From: an uncultured Clostridia bacterium
GTDB taxonomy: Bacteria; Bacillota; Clostridia; Christensenellales; Borkfalkiaceae
Direction: 5' to 3'
Length of the DNA: 64,000 bases
Assembly: GCA_949878885.1 (NCBI GenBank)
Contig: CATLBN010000002.1
Coordinates: 18,774-82,773 of the forward strand
In this document: positions 19,116 to 28,664 of the stretch, piece after piece
Layout of the letters: each line of letters begins with the position of its first letter
Numbering within the stretch: the first letter of the stretch is position 1
Notes under the pieces: generated by a model
What the model was told of the DNA's origin: nothing
What the model saw: only the letters and a program-made list of their open reading frames with translations
Database searches by the model: none
Position numbers and translations under genes: made by a program

Positions 19116-20597
19116 ATGAATATTTGTTTTATTAATCCTCCGTTTAAATCGGAATACGGTAAATTTTCAAGAGAATCCCGCAGCCCTTCCATTGGGCATA
19201 GCGGAGTTTTGTATTATCCGTTATGGCTTATTTACGCCGCCGCGGTAGCAGAAAAAAACGGCTATAATATTGCGTTTATAGACGCGCCTGCAAAAAGACT
19301 TAACAAAGAACAAACTTTGGAACGCGTTAAAAACGAAATGCCTAATGCAGACCTGTTTGTTTTGGATACAAGCACTCCGTCAATTTACAGCGACGTGGCG
19401 TTTGCCGATACTTTAAAAGGTATTTATCCCGAGAGCAAGGTAATGCTTGTAGGTACGCATCCTTCCGCAACGGACGTCGAAACTATGAATATAAGCCCTT
19501 CTGTAGACTATATTGCCAGACAGGAGTACGACTATATAGTTTTAAATACGGTTAGAATGCTTGAAGGCAAACTTAAAATAGAAGAAGTTGACGGTTTGAC
19601 TTACAGGAGTGCGGAAGGCGAAATTTTGCGCAATAAAAACGCGGAACACATATCGGATTTAGACGCAATTCCTATGGCTGCGCCGTTTATAAAAAAATAT
19701 TTAGACGTAAAAGACTACGTTTTTCCTGCCGCGTCTTACCCTGCCGTTCAGATTTTTACGGGAAGGGGCTGCCCTGCGCATTGCAACTATTGCGTATATC
19801 CGCAAACAATGCACGGGCATAAATACCGTTTAAGAAATCCCGAAAGCGTAGTGGCGGAGTTTGAGTATATTGCCGATAATTTCCCCGAAGTTCACGAAGT
19901 GGTTATAGAAGACGATACTTTTACGGCAAACAAAGCCAGAGTTTTGGAAATATGCCGTCTTCTGCGTGAAAAAAAATTGCATAAACGTTTAAAATGGCTT
20001 TGCAACGCAAGGGTAAATATAGATTTGGAAACGCTTAAAGAAATGAAAAAAAGCGGCTGCCATTTAATAATTCCCGGTATAGAAAGCTATAATCAGGAAA
20101 TTCTAGACAATATTAAAAAAGGTTCTACTTTAAAATTTATAGACAATTATATAGCAAACGCAAAAAAGGCCAAGCTTTTAATTCACGCCTGCTATATGGT
20201 GGGAAACAAAGGCGAAACAAGAGAAACAATGGAAAGAACGCTTAACGCCGCTTTAAAGTTCAAAACGGATACCGCGCAGTTTTTTCCCTTGATACCTTAT
20301 CCCGGAACGGAAGCTTTTGAATGGGCTAAATCAAACGGATATATTAGCGGAAAATACGAAGATTACGTTCAAGAAGACGGCACGCTTAACTGTGTGTTAA
20401 ATCTTCCTGATTTAAGCGCGGAAGATTTGGTTGAATTTTGCGCGTATGCCAGAAAAAAATATTATATGCGTCCTTGGTATATAGCGCACAGACTGTGGAT
20501 GGGAATAAAGCATCCAAGCGATTTAAAAAGAAGCTTAAAAGCATTTAAACGGCTTAAAAGCAGTTTGTTTTCCAAAGACAAAAAAAATAAGGGGTAA
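19116..20597 (+). CDS. B12-binding-domain radical SAM protein (class B radical SAM)
   Basis: 493 aa. N-terminal Rossmann-like cobalamin-binding-type domain (NICFINPP...FVLDTSTPS...LVGTHPS). Radical SAM core with GRGCPAHCNYC (CxxxCxxC, nt ~19770-19795). Confidence 0.8.
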   Translation: MNICFINPPFKSEYGKFSRESRSPSIGHSGVLYYPLWLIYAAAVAEKNGYNIAFIDAPAKRLNKEQTLERVKNEMPNADLFVLDTSTPSIYSDVAFADTLKGIYPESKVMLVGTHPSATDVETMNISPSVDYIARQEYDYIVLNTVRMLEGKLKIEEVDGLTYRSAEGEILRNKNAEHISDLDAIPMAAPFIKKYLDVKDYVFPAASYPAVQIFTGRGCPAHCNYCVYPQTMHGHKYRLRNPESVVAEFEYIADNFPEVHEVVIEDDTFTANKARVLEICRLLREKKLHKRLKWLCNARVNIDLETLKEMKKSGCHLIIPGIESYNQEILDNIKKGSTLKFIDNYIANAKKAKLLIHACYMVGNKGETRETMERTLNAALKFKTDTAQFFPLIPYPGTEAFEWAKSNGYISGKYEDYVQEDGTLNCVLNLPDLSAEDLVEFCAYARKKYYMRPWYIAHRLWMGIKHPSDLKRSLKAFKRLKSSLFSKDKKNKG

Positions 20598-20599
20598 AT

Positions 20600-21721
20600 A
20601 TGGCTTTAAAGGTTTGTCATTTTACTAGCACTCACAGCCCTAAGGACCAAAGAATTTTTTATAAAGAGTGTATTTCTTTGGCAAAAGAGGGCTACGAAGT
20701 ATATCTTGTCGAACAGGGCGAAGACTGCGTTGAAAAAGGCGTAACTATTTTGGGCACGCACGAAACCGAAAAGGGCAGGTTTTACAGGCTGCTTAAACGC
20801 CCTAAAAAAGTTTATAAAATTGCAAAAAGCGTAAACGCCGATATATATCATTTTCATGATATGGAATTAATACCTTACGCTAAAAAACTTAAAAAGAAAG
20901 GTAAAAAAGTAATTTTCGACTATCACGAAGACTATGCTTCCAGATTTGCGGAAAGCGACGCTTTGCCGTTTCCTAAATTTATAAAAAAACTTTTGCAAAA
21001 AATGTATTGCAGTTACGAAAACGCTGCGCTGAAAAAATTCGACGCAGTAATTTCCGTAACGCCGCATATATGCGAAAGGCTTTCAAAAGTAAATCCCAAA
21101 ACTTATATGGTTACCAACTATCCGTTGGCGGATTCCGAAATTTGGAACTCGGAAATAAATTATAACGCTAAATCCGACTACGTTGCTTTTGCGGGACAGG
21201 TAAGCGAAACGTACAGATTGCCGTTTATTGCCGAAGCTATTCAAGATATCAAGGGTATCAAATTCAAAATGTGCGGACCGCTTAGAAAAAGCGACGACTT
21301 AGATAAAATAGAAGCCGCCGACGTAAACGGTATTACGGAATATTTGGGTAAACTTCCGTTTATGGAACTGCCTGATTTTTTAAGAAAAAGCCGTTTGGCT
21401 TTTGTACTGTATATCTATTCGTTTAACACGGCAGGGCATTACGGAACTTTGGGCAGCAATAAACTGTTTGAAGCAATGCTTTGCGGAGTGCCCGTCGTAT
21501 GCACGGACTATGTACTGTGGAAACAAATAGTTGAAAAACATAAATGCGGTATTTGCGTAAATTCTTACGACAAGGAAGAACTTAAACGGGCTGTGGAATA
21601 TATTTTAGACAATCCGGAAGAAGCGCGTAAAATGGGAGAGCGCGGCAGAAAAGCCGTTTTGTCGGAATATAATTGGCAAACGCAGGTTCCCGAACTTTTA
21701 AAATGCTATAGTGAACTTTAA
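20600..21721 (+). CDS. glycosyltransferase family 4 (GT-B fold)
   Basis: 373 aa. N-terminal KVCHFTSTHSPKDQRIFYKE pattern. C-terminal GSNKLFEAMLCGVPVVCTD (E-x7-E region). Confidence 0.82.
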   Translation: MALKVCHFTSTHSPKDQRIFYKECISLAKEGYEVYLVEQGEDCVEKGVTILGTHETEKGRFYRLLKRPKKVYKIAKSVNADIYHFHDMELIPYAKKLKKKGKKVIFDYHEDYASRFAESDALPFPKFIKKLLQKMYCSYENAALKKFDAVISVTPHICERLSKVNPKTYMVTNYPLADSEIWNSEINYNAKSDYVAFAGQVSETYRLPFIAEAIQDIKGIKFKMCGPLRKSDDLDKIEAADVNGITEYLGKLPFMELPDFLRKSRLAFVLYIYSFNTAGHYGTLGSNKLFEAMLCGVPVVCTDYVLWKQIVEKHKCGICVNSYDKEELKRAVEYILDNPEEARKMGERGRKAVLSEYNWQTQVPELLKCYSEL

Positions 21722-21739
21722 AATTTAATAAGGAATAAA

Positions 21740-22840
21740 ATGGCGGTAATTTCTTTAGCAACTTTTTTAAGCGCTGTATTGTCTGCGATAATCGGCGGCT
21801 TAAAAAAGAACAGAAACTTAATATCAAATATTTTACGAATGATTTTGGTATATTCGCCTATATTACTTGTTACCGTATTCAGGTTAAACACCAACGTTGA
21901 CGACGACACAACGTATTTGTACGGTTCTTATTATAAGTTTTTCCATTCTGTAATATTGGGAGAAGACGGTAAACCGTTCGATTTACTAAACGAGCCGTTA
22001 TCTTGGGGCATTATAGAGCTGTTTGCAAAATGCAACGTTCCGTATTTTACAATGCTTGCGTGCTTCGGCGTTATATACGTGCTGTCGTTTTCTGTTTTTA
22101 TAGAAAAAACCAGCGTAAACAAAGTTTTAAGCATTGTAATATTTCTTTTATCGGGAATGTTTACGTTTTCGTTTGCGGCGCTGCGGCAAAGTATGGCAAT
22201 GTCGTTTATACTTTGGGCGTATGCGTTAGTTTGCAAAAAGCGGAAAATGTATTTTAAAGATTGGCTTAAAGTAACTTTTGTTTTGCTTTTCGGTGGATTG
22301 TTTCATTTTACCTGCGTTTTGATTTTACCGGTTATAATAATTTCCAAACTTAAAATAAAAATTAACGTTTTTTTGCTGCTGTCTGTAATTACGGTGTTAA
22401 TGACGCCCGTTATAGGTTTAATGTTAAAAGCGCTGTTATCCGCTACAAGATTCGGTGCGCGGTTGGCTTCGGAAGAGCTTGACTTTGCTTATTCATACGT
22501 GGTTTTGGGCAGTGTGCTTTCTATTATAATGTTTATGCAGTACAAAGTTTGGAACAAGCGCGACGCAAATGCTGATTTTTTTATAAAAATGACGCTTTTG
22601 TTTACGGTAATAATGTGCCTGTCTTCGTATCTTATAGACCCGTTCAGAATATTTTTTCTGTTCTGCCCTATATTTATGTTGGCTATACCAAGTTTGCTTA
22701 AATCTTACGATAAAACCAACGCAATTATTGCCGGCATAATAATTTTGGGAATGTTTGCGGTTTTGTTTTTAAGGTTAAATTACAATTACCGCTACGAAAG
22801 CGTGTTACCTATAATTCAAACGGCTATTAAATGGAGGTAG
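21740..22840 (+). CDS. wzy: EpsG-family polytopic membrane protein (probable Wzy-type repeat-unit polymerase)
   Basis: 366 aa, about 10-11 TM helices, EpsG-like ALRQSMAMSF segment. Position next to the flippase and GTs. Confidence 0.65.
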   Translation: MAVISLATFLSAVLSAIIGGLKKNRNLISNILRMILVYSPILLVTVFRLNTNVDDDTTYLYGSYYKFFHSVILGEDGKPFDLLNEPLSWGIIELFAKCNVPYFTMLACFGVIYVLSFSVFIEKTSVNKVLSIVIFLLSGMFTFSFAALRQSMAMSFILWAYALVCKKRKMYFKDWLKVTFVLLFGGLFHFTCVLILPVIIISKLKIKINVFLLLSVITVLMTPVIGLMLKALLSATRFGARLASEELDFAYSYVVLGSVLSIIMFMQYKVWNKRDANADFFIKMTLLFTVIMCLSSYLIDPFRIFFLFCPIFMLAIPSLLKSYDKTNAIIAGIIILGMFAVLFLRLNYNYRYESVLPIIQTAIKWR

Positions 22841-22844
22841 AAAA

Positions 22845-24032
22845 TTGAAAATTTTATTGTTTTCCGACATTGAATCGCAATATACGGTAAACTTTATAAA
22901 TCAAGCGCTTATTCCCTACGGTTGGGAAGTTGTGGTTGTATCTCTGTTTATGCCGGAAGAAGATAAGCTCAAAAACTTCAAATTAAAGTTTGAAGGTACG
23001 ACGATAGAACACGACTGCTTATTTAACAAAAAACCCATTAAAAATGCCGGAAAAATTAAAAAAGTTTTCAACGTTTTAAATAATTGCCGTTCGGTAAAAA
23101 AGCGTGCGCAATATCTTTATAATAAATATAAGCCCAACGTTGTAAGTCTGCAGTTTATTTCGCTTTACAAACTTATTTTTGCAAAGCATATAGCTGATAA
23201 ATGCAGAGTTGTTTGCAGCTTTTGGGGCTCCGATATATTGCGCGGCAATAAATTTCTTAAAAAACGCATATATCCCAAATACCTTAAAAAGGTAGACGCA
23301 ATCACGTTTGACGGTTATAGCATAGAAGACGCGCTGCATTGTTACTACGGCGATAAATTTAACGGTAAATTATTTTGTTTATGTTACGGCAATTCTACTT
23401 TAAATTATATAGATAAATTAAAGTCGGAAAAATCCGCAAAAGAAATAAAAGAATATATAGGTTATCCTTGCGACGGCAGAGCAACCGTTGTTATAGGTTA
23501 TAACGCGTATCAAAAACAAAATCAGTTAAAAGTTGCAAAAGCCTTATCTTTGCTGCCCGTTGAATTGCAGAAAAAACTTTATTTGGTATTTCCCGTAATG
23601 TACGGTAAAATGGACGAAAGCTATAAAGAGCAGCTGTGCGCCGAACTGAAAAATATGAGTTGCGGATACTGTTTTTTAAACGAATATCTATCCGGCAGCA
23701 AACTTGCGGCGTTTTATCTCGGCGCAGACGTTTTTGTGCACGCACAGGAAACCGACGCATATTCCCAATCGTTTGTAAATTTTGTGTATGCCGGCGCTCA
23801 GGTGATTCAGGGGAAATGGCTGCATTACAGAGAGATTGATTTATATAATCTTAACATAACCGAATTCGGCGGTTATTCGGAATTGCCGGAATTAATAAAA
23901 GCCGCCTCGGAAAACTGTCAAAACGGAAACAACAGAGTTGCACAGCCTATGGAGGCTATAAGAAAACACGGTTCTGTTGAGGAAACTTCGGCAGAGTGGA
24001 ATAAATTGCTTAGTGCAAAAGCTGAAAAATAA
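22845..24032 (+). CDS. glycosyltransferase, tentatively WecF/GT56-like (4-alpha-L-fucosyltransferase family)
   Basis: 395 aa. TTG start with GGAGG 7 nt upstream. Blocks SFWGSDIL, VVIGYNAYQKQNQL, LVFPVMYG and LGADVFVHAQETDAYSQSFVNFVYAGAQVI are collinear with E. coli WecF blocks HIWGADLY, ILVGNSGDRSNEHI, VVVPMGYP and [28 protein letters not shown]. The comparison is from memory, not aligned. Confidence 0.5.
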   Translation: MKILLFSDIESQYTVNFINQALIPYGWEVVVVSLFMPEEDKLKNFKLKFEGTTIEHDCLFNKKPIKNAGKIKKVFNVLNNCRSVKKRAQYLYNKYKPNVVSLQFISLYKLIFAKHIADKCRVVCSFWGSDILRGNKFLKKRIYPKYLKKVDAITFDGYSIEDALHCYYGDKFNGKLFCLCYGNSTLNYIDKLKSEKSAKEIKEYIGYPCDGRATVVIGYNAYQKQNQLKVAKALSLLPVELQKKLYLVFPVMYGKMDESYKEQLCAELKNMSCGYCFLNEYLSGSKLAAFYLGADVFVHAQETDAYSQSFVNFVYAGAQVIQGKWLHYREIDLYNLNITEFGGYSELPELIKAASENCQNGNNRVAQPMEAIRKHGSVEETSAEWNKLLSAKAEK

Positions 24033-24041
24033 TAAATAAAA

Positions 24042-25352
24042 ATGGGCGTATTCGGAAACTTAAAACAGAATATAGGCAAACTTTTTAAAACGGGTTTGTT
24101 TCACATTTTCGGAATAAACGTTATAAATAAAATTGTTGCGTTTTTAAGCTCTACGCTCTTAGTTTGGATTTTAACTAAAGAGGAGTACGGCGTTTTTTCG
24201 TATGCTTGGAATATCTATCATTTCTTACTGTTAATAAACGGTTTGGGTTTAACGGTAGGCGCGCTGCAGCTGTGCAGCGAAAATCCCGACGAAGAATACT
24301 GTAATCTTATTTTCAATAACTGTCTTAAAATAGGTTTATTGATAGACTTGGTTTTAACCGCAGCCATCGTAGTATTTTCGCTTTGTTTTAATTTTTCTAT
24401 TCCGCCCGCGCGTATTCTTTTAATTATACTTTGCGCACTGCCGCTTTTGCAATATCTTTTCGATTTGTTAACCGTTTACCTGCGCGTAAAAAAGCGCAAT
24501 ATGGCATACGCCTGGACTATGATGCTTAATACCGTTTTAACAGCGGTGTTTACTGCATTGGGCGCTTTTTTATTGCGGGACAAAGGATTGATTTGCGGTT
24601 ATTATTTATCGTATATAATAACGCTTTTCGTCGGTTTTTTTGTTTTCAGATTTAAGTTTAAAGATGTTAAAAATACGCCTAAGCTTGAAAAAAGTCTGCT
24701 TAAAACCTTATTTAAAATTTCAATAATTTCAATGTGCACAAACGCCTTATCCCAACTATTATTTTTGTTGGATACGTTTATAATAGGCGTTATTTGCGTA
24801 GACGAACTGCTTGTTGCAAATTATAAAGTTGCAACTATGATACCAACGGCTTTGCTGTTTATACCTTCGTCTATGGTAATTTATATATATCCCTATTTTG
24901 CCCGACACGCGGGCGACGGAAAGTGGTGTCTTAAAAAATTTTTCCAAGTACTTTTGGGAATGGCGGCAATCAACGGAATAATTTCGATAATTCTGTATTT
25001 TGCGGCGCCGTTTGTAATTAAAATCGTTTACGGCGAGCAATATCTTGAAATTGTACCTATATTCAGAATACTTGTAATAAATTTTTTTGTTTCAGGTACT
25101 TTCAGGGCTATATCCGGCAATATTATTTGCACGCAAAGAAAATTTGTGTTCAGCCTTGTTGAATCCGTTATTTCAGGCGCAGTAAACATAGCGGCGGATA
25201 TACTGTTTATTAAATATTTTGGAATTATAGGCGCGGCATATGCAACGTGTTTGGTTGTTGCTTTGTCAAGTTTGATAAGTACCGTATATCTTTTAATATT
25301 GTTTAATAAAAAACCACCTGTGCAGCCCGCTGCGCAAGAAGACGAAATATGA
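24042..25352 (+). CDS. wzx: polysaccharide flippase (Wzx, MOP superfamily)
   Basis: 436 aa, about 12-14 TM helices, typical polysaccharide-biosynthesis-protein topology. Operon context. Confidence 0.8.
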   Translation: MGVFGNLKQNIGKLFKTGLFHIFGINVINKIVAFLSSTLLVWILTKEEYGVFSYAWNIYHFLLLINGLGLTVGALQLCSENPDEEYCNLIFNNCLKIGLLIDLVLTAAIVVFSLCFNFSIPPARILLIILCALPLLQYLFDLLTVYLRVKKRNMAYAWTMMLNTVLTAVFTALGAFLLRDKGLICGYYLSYIITLFVGFFVFRFKFKDVKNTPKLEKSLLKTLFKISIISMCTNALSQLLFLLDTFIIGVICVDELLVANYKVATMIPTALLFIPSSMVIYIYPYFARHAGDGKWCLKKFFQVLLGMAAINGIISIILYFAAPFVIKIVYGEQYLEIVPIFRILVINFFVSGTFRAISGNIICTQRKFVFSLVESVISGAVNIAADILFIKYFGIIGAAYATCLVVALSSLISTVYLLILFNKKPPVQPAAQEDEI

Positions 25353-26443
25353 AAATTATAACAATATTGGGGGTGCGTCCGCAATTTGTTAAGGCTGCTC
25401 CCGTATCAAGAATTATCCGCTCGGAACTGTCGGAAATATATATTCATACGGGACAGCATTACGATAAAGATATGTCCGATATTTTTTTTGAGGAAATGTC
25501 TATACCCCGTCCCGATTATAATCTGGCGGTAGGTTCGGGCACTCATGCAAAACAAACTGCGGATATGATGGTAGGCATAGAACAAATTTTGCTTAAAGAA
25601 AAGCCCGACGCGGTTATGATTTACGGAGATACCAATTCAACGCTTGCGGGCGCGCTTGCCGCAGTTAAAATACATATTCCGGTAATACACGTAGAAGCTG
25701 GGTTGCGTTCTTTCAATAATTATATGCCCGAAGAAATAAACAGAATTTTAAGCGACAGAATTTCAAGCGTATTGTTCTGTCCTACTCAAACCGCGGTAAA
25801 TAATTTAGCTGCGGAAGGCATAATAAAGGGCGTTTACAACGTTGGAGACGTAATGTGCGACGCCGTTAAATATTATTTAAACAAGTCTGCGGAAATTTCT
25901 GACAGAGAACATCTTAAACATATAATTCCGCTGTTTAATTCAAAAGCCCAACTTAACGGAAAGTGGTATTTGGCAACCGTGCACAGAGCGGAAAATACCG
26001 ACTCGGCAGAAAAGATAGAAATAATTCTAAGCGCGTTTTCGCGCTTGGACGGAACGGTTATTTTCCCAGTTCATCCAAGAACCAAAGGGCTTGTGCAAAA
26101 GGTTTTGCAAAATAACAGTTATAAAAACATAATTTTCTGTCAGCCTCTCGGCTATCTGGATATGCTGTATTTTGCAAAAAAAGCACAAAAAATAATAACC
26201 GACAGCGGCGGATTGCAAAAAGAAGCTTATATGATTAACACACCGTGCGTAACGGTAAGAGAGCAAACCGAGTGGGTGGAAACGCTAAACGGCAATTTTA
26301 ATATACTTGCAAGGTTAAATGCCGACGATATAGTTAATAAAGTTAATAATACAAAAATCGACGCGTCCGAAAAACGCGAATATTACGGCGACGGATATGC
26401 CGCCGAAAAGATATTAAAAATTTTGCGGGAGATAAAATTATGA
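25349..26443 (+). CDS. wbpI: UDP-N-acetylglucosamine-type 2-epimerase, non-hydrolysing (WbpI/WecB family; predicted UDP-GlcNAc3NAcA 2-epimerase)
   Basis: 364 aa. MKIITILGVRPQFVKAAPV..., HTGQHYD, GDTNSTLAGALAA, HVEAGLRS motifs. Context with WbpA/B/E/D homologues. Confidence 0.8.
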   Translation: MKIITILGVRPQFVKAAPVSRIIRSELSEIYIHTGQHYDKDMSDIFFEEMSIPRPDYNLAVGSGTHAKQTADMMVGIEQILLKEKPDAVMIYGDTNSTLAGALAAVKIHIPVIHVEAGLRSFNNYMPEEINRILSDRISSVLFCPTQTAVNNLAAEGIIKGVYNVGDVMCDAVKYYLNKSAEISDREHLKHIIPLFNSKAQLNGKWYLATVHRAENTDSAEKIEIILSAFSRLDGTVIFPVHPRTKGLVQKVLQNNSYKNIIFCQPLGYLDMLYFAKKAQKIITDSGGLQKEAYMINTPCVTVREQTEWVETLNGNFNILARLNADDIVNKVNNTKIDASEKREYYGDGYAAEKILKILREIKL

Positions 26444-27519
26444 AATATGCGCTTATAGGCTGCGGCAGAATTTCAACAAATCACATAAAGGCGGCGGTTG
26501 CAAATAACCTTGAAATTGTTGCCGTATGCGATATTTTGCCCGAAAGAATGCAATCGGTTTTAGAAAAACACGGGCTTGAAAACGATAAAAGTATTTTAAG
26601 ATATACCGATTACAAAAAAATGATAAAAGACAATCCCGACTTGCAGCTTATAAGCATAGCAACCGAAAGCGGCAAGCACGCGCAAATAGCATTGTATTGC
26701 ATTGAAAACGGCGTAAATGTAATTATTGAAAAACCTATGGCAATGAGCCTTGCCGACGCCGATAAAATTATTGCGCTGTCAAAAGAAAAGGGTGTAAAAG
26801 TTTCGGCTTGTCATCAAAACAGGTTTAATATAGCGGTACAGCAAACCAGAACCGCATTGGAAAACGGCAGGTTCGGAAAGCTGTCGCACGGTTCGGTACA
26901 CGTGCGTTGGAACAGAAACAAAGATTATTACGAGCAAGCCAAATGGCGCGGAACTTGGGCGCAAGACGGCGGCGCGCTTATGAACCAGTGCATACACGGC
27001 ATTGATTTGTTAAGGTGGATGCTTGGCGGTGAAATAAACGAGGTTTACGGAGTTACACAAAGACAGTTCCATAATTATCTCGAATGCGAAGATATAGGTA
27101 TGGCTGTTATAAAATTTGCCAACGGCGCGGTAGGCACCATAGAAGGTACAACAAACGTTTATCCCAAAAATTTGGAAGAAACGCTTTATTTATTCGGAGA
27201 AAACGGAACGGTAAAATTAGGCGGAAAGTCTACAAACGCAATAGACGTATGGGATTTTGCCGACGAAACCGATAAAGACAAACAAAACAAGGGCTTGTTT
27301 GAGCAGACTGCAAACGTTTACGGCAACGGTCATACAAGTTTGTTTGCCGATATGATTTACGCAATAGAAAATAACGTAAAACCTTATGTAGACGCTGTTG
27401 CCGGAAGAAATGCTTTGGAACTTGTTCTTGCGGTATATAAATCGGCAGCGGAAGGTAAACCTGTTAAATTGCCGCTTAAAGAATGCGCCAGTTTGGATTT
27501 TACGGGCAGATTTAAATAA
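26440..27519 (+). CDS. wbpB: Gfo/Idh/MocA-family oxidoreductase (WbpB/WlbA-like UDP-GlcNAcA 3-dehydrogenase)
   Basis: 359 aa. N-terminal Rossmann MKYALIGCGRIS, EKP motif. The functional call rests mainly on operon context. Confidence 0.65.
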   Translation: MKYALIGCGRISTNHIKAAVANNLEIVAVCDILPERMQSVLEKHGLENDKSILRYTDYKKMIKDNPDLQLISIATESGKHAQIALYCIENGVNVIIEKPMAMSLADADKIIALSKEKGVKVSACHQNRFNIAVQQTRTALENGRFGKLSHGSVHVRWNRNKDYYEQAKWRGTWAQDGGALMNQCIHGIDLLRWMLGGEINEVYGVTQRQFHNYLECEDIGMAVIKFANGAVGTIEGTTNVYPKNLEETLYLFGENGTVKLGGKSTNAIDVWDFADETDKDKQNKGLFEQTANVYGNGHTSLFADMIYAIENNVKPYVDAVAGRNALELVLAVYKSAAEGKPVKLPLKECASLDFTGRFK

Positions 27520-27538
27520 TTACATCGGAGATAATTAA

Positions 27539-28663
27539 ATGCAGTTTATCGATTTGCAAAGGCAATATAAAGCTTTAAAAAATTTAATTGATAACAGAGT
27601 GGCAAAAGTGCTTGCGGCTGCGAATTATATTGGGGGAGCGGAAGTAAAAGAGCTTTCCGCAAACCTTGCGCGCTATTGCGGAACGGAATACTGTTTAACT
27701 TGCGCCAACGGCACCGACGCATTGACGCTGGCATTGCGTTGTTTTAACGTTAAAAAAGGCGACGCCGTTTTTGTTCCGGATTTTACGTTTTTCGCAAGCG
27801 CGGAAACGCCTGCGTTAGAGGGCGCAACGTGTGTGTTTGTAGACGCCGACAGGCGTACGTTCAATATTGACGCGGAAAAACTAGACGAGGCGATTTCGGA
27901 AGTTATTAAAGTGGGAAAATTAAATCCCAAGGTTATAATTACTGTAGATTTGTTCGGATTGCCGGCAAATTATCCTGCAATTAAAAAAGTTGCTGCAAAA
28001 TACGGATTGCCGATTATTGAAGACGGTGCACAGGGCTTCGGCGGAAGTATTAACGGCAAAAAAGCCTGTTCTTTCGGAGATATATCCACAACTTCGTTCT
28101 TTCCCGCAAAACCCGTAGGCTGTTACGGCGACGGCGGCGCGGTTTTTACGGATAATAAAGAATATTACGAGCTTATGTGCTCGCTTGCCGTTCACGGTAA
28201 GGGCGAATTCAAGTACGATAATGTGCGCATTGGTTATAATTCGCGTTTGGATACGTTACAAGCGGCTGTGCTTTTGGAAAAGTTGGCGGCATTTGAAAAT
28301 TATGAATTATCTGAAAGGAATAAAATTGCTAAATCTTATACAAAGATTCTTGGCGAAAAATTTGTAACGCCGTTAGTGCCCGAAGGCTTTGTAAGCAGTT
28401 GGGCGCAATATACGCTTATTTTAAACGATGAAAACGAGCGCGCTGAAATTCAAAAGAAATTAAAAGAAAAAGAAGTGCCTACTATGGTTTATTATCCTAA
28501 ACCTATGCACGAACAAACTGCGTTTAATAAATACGCAGACAGAAGTCAAAAGCTTAAAACTTCCGCGGAACTTGCAAAATGCGTACTCAGCATACCTATG
28601 CATCCCTATCTTACCGAAGAAGAAATTCAAAAAGTTTGCTCGGCGCTTTTGGAGTGCAGATAA
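27539..28663 (+). CDS. wbpE: DegT-family aminotransferase (WbpE/WlbC-like UDP-3-oxo-GlcNAcA aminotransferase)
   Basis: 374 aa. MQFIDLQRQYKALKNLIDNRV...YIGGAEVKELSANLARYCG..CLTCANGTDAL is collinear with the WbpE N-terminus. Confidence 0.8.
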   Translation: MQFIDLQRQYKALKNLIDNRVAKVLAAANYIGGAEVKELSANLARYCGTEYCLTCANGTDALTLALRCFNVKKGDAVFVPDFTFFASAETPALEGATCVFVDADRRTFNIDAEKLDEAISEVIKVGKLNPKVIITVDLFGLPANYPAIKKVAAKYGLPIIEDGAQGFGGSINGKKACSFGDISTTSFFPAKPVGCYGDGGAVFTDNKEYYELMCSLAVHGKGEFKYDNVRIGYNSRLDTLQAAVLLEKLAAFENYELSERNKIAKSYTKILGEKFVTPLVPEGFVSSWAQYTLILNDENERAEIQKKLKEKEVPTMVYYPKPMHEQTAFNKYADRSQKLKTSAELAKCVLSIPMHPYLTEEEIQKVCSALLECR

Positions 28664-28664
28664 A

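Noticed and set aside
28572-28664. 5' extension of the WbpD-like acetyltransferase ORF
   Set aside because: It overlaps the 3' end of wbpE in another frame. The conserved family N-terminus begins at ATG 28665, 1 nt after the wbpE stop.
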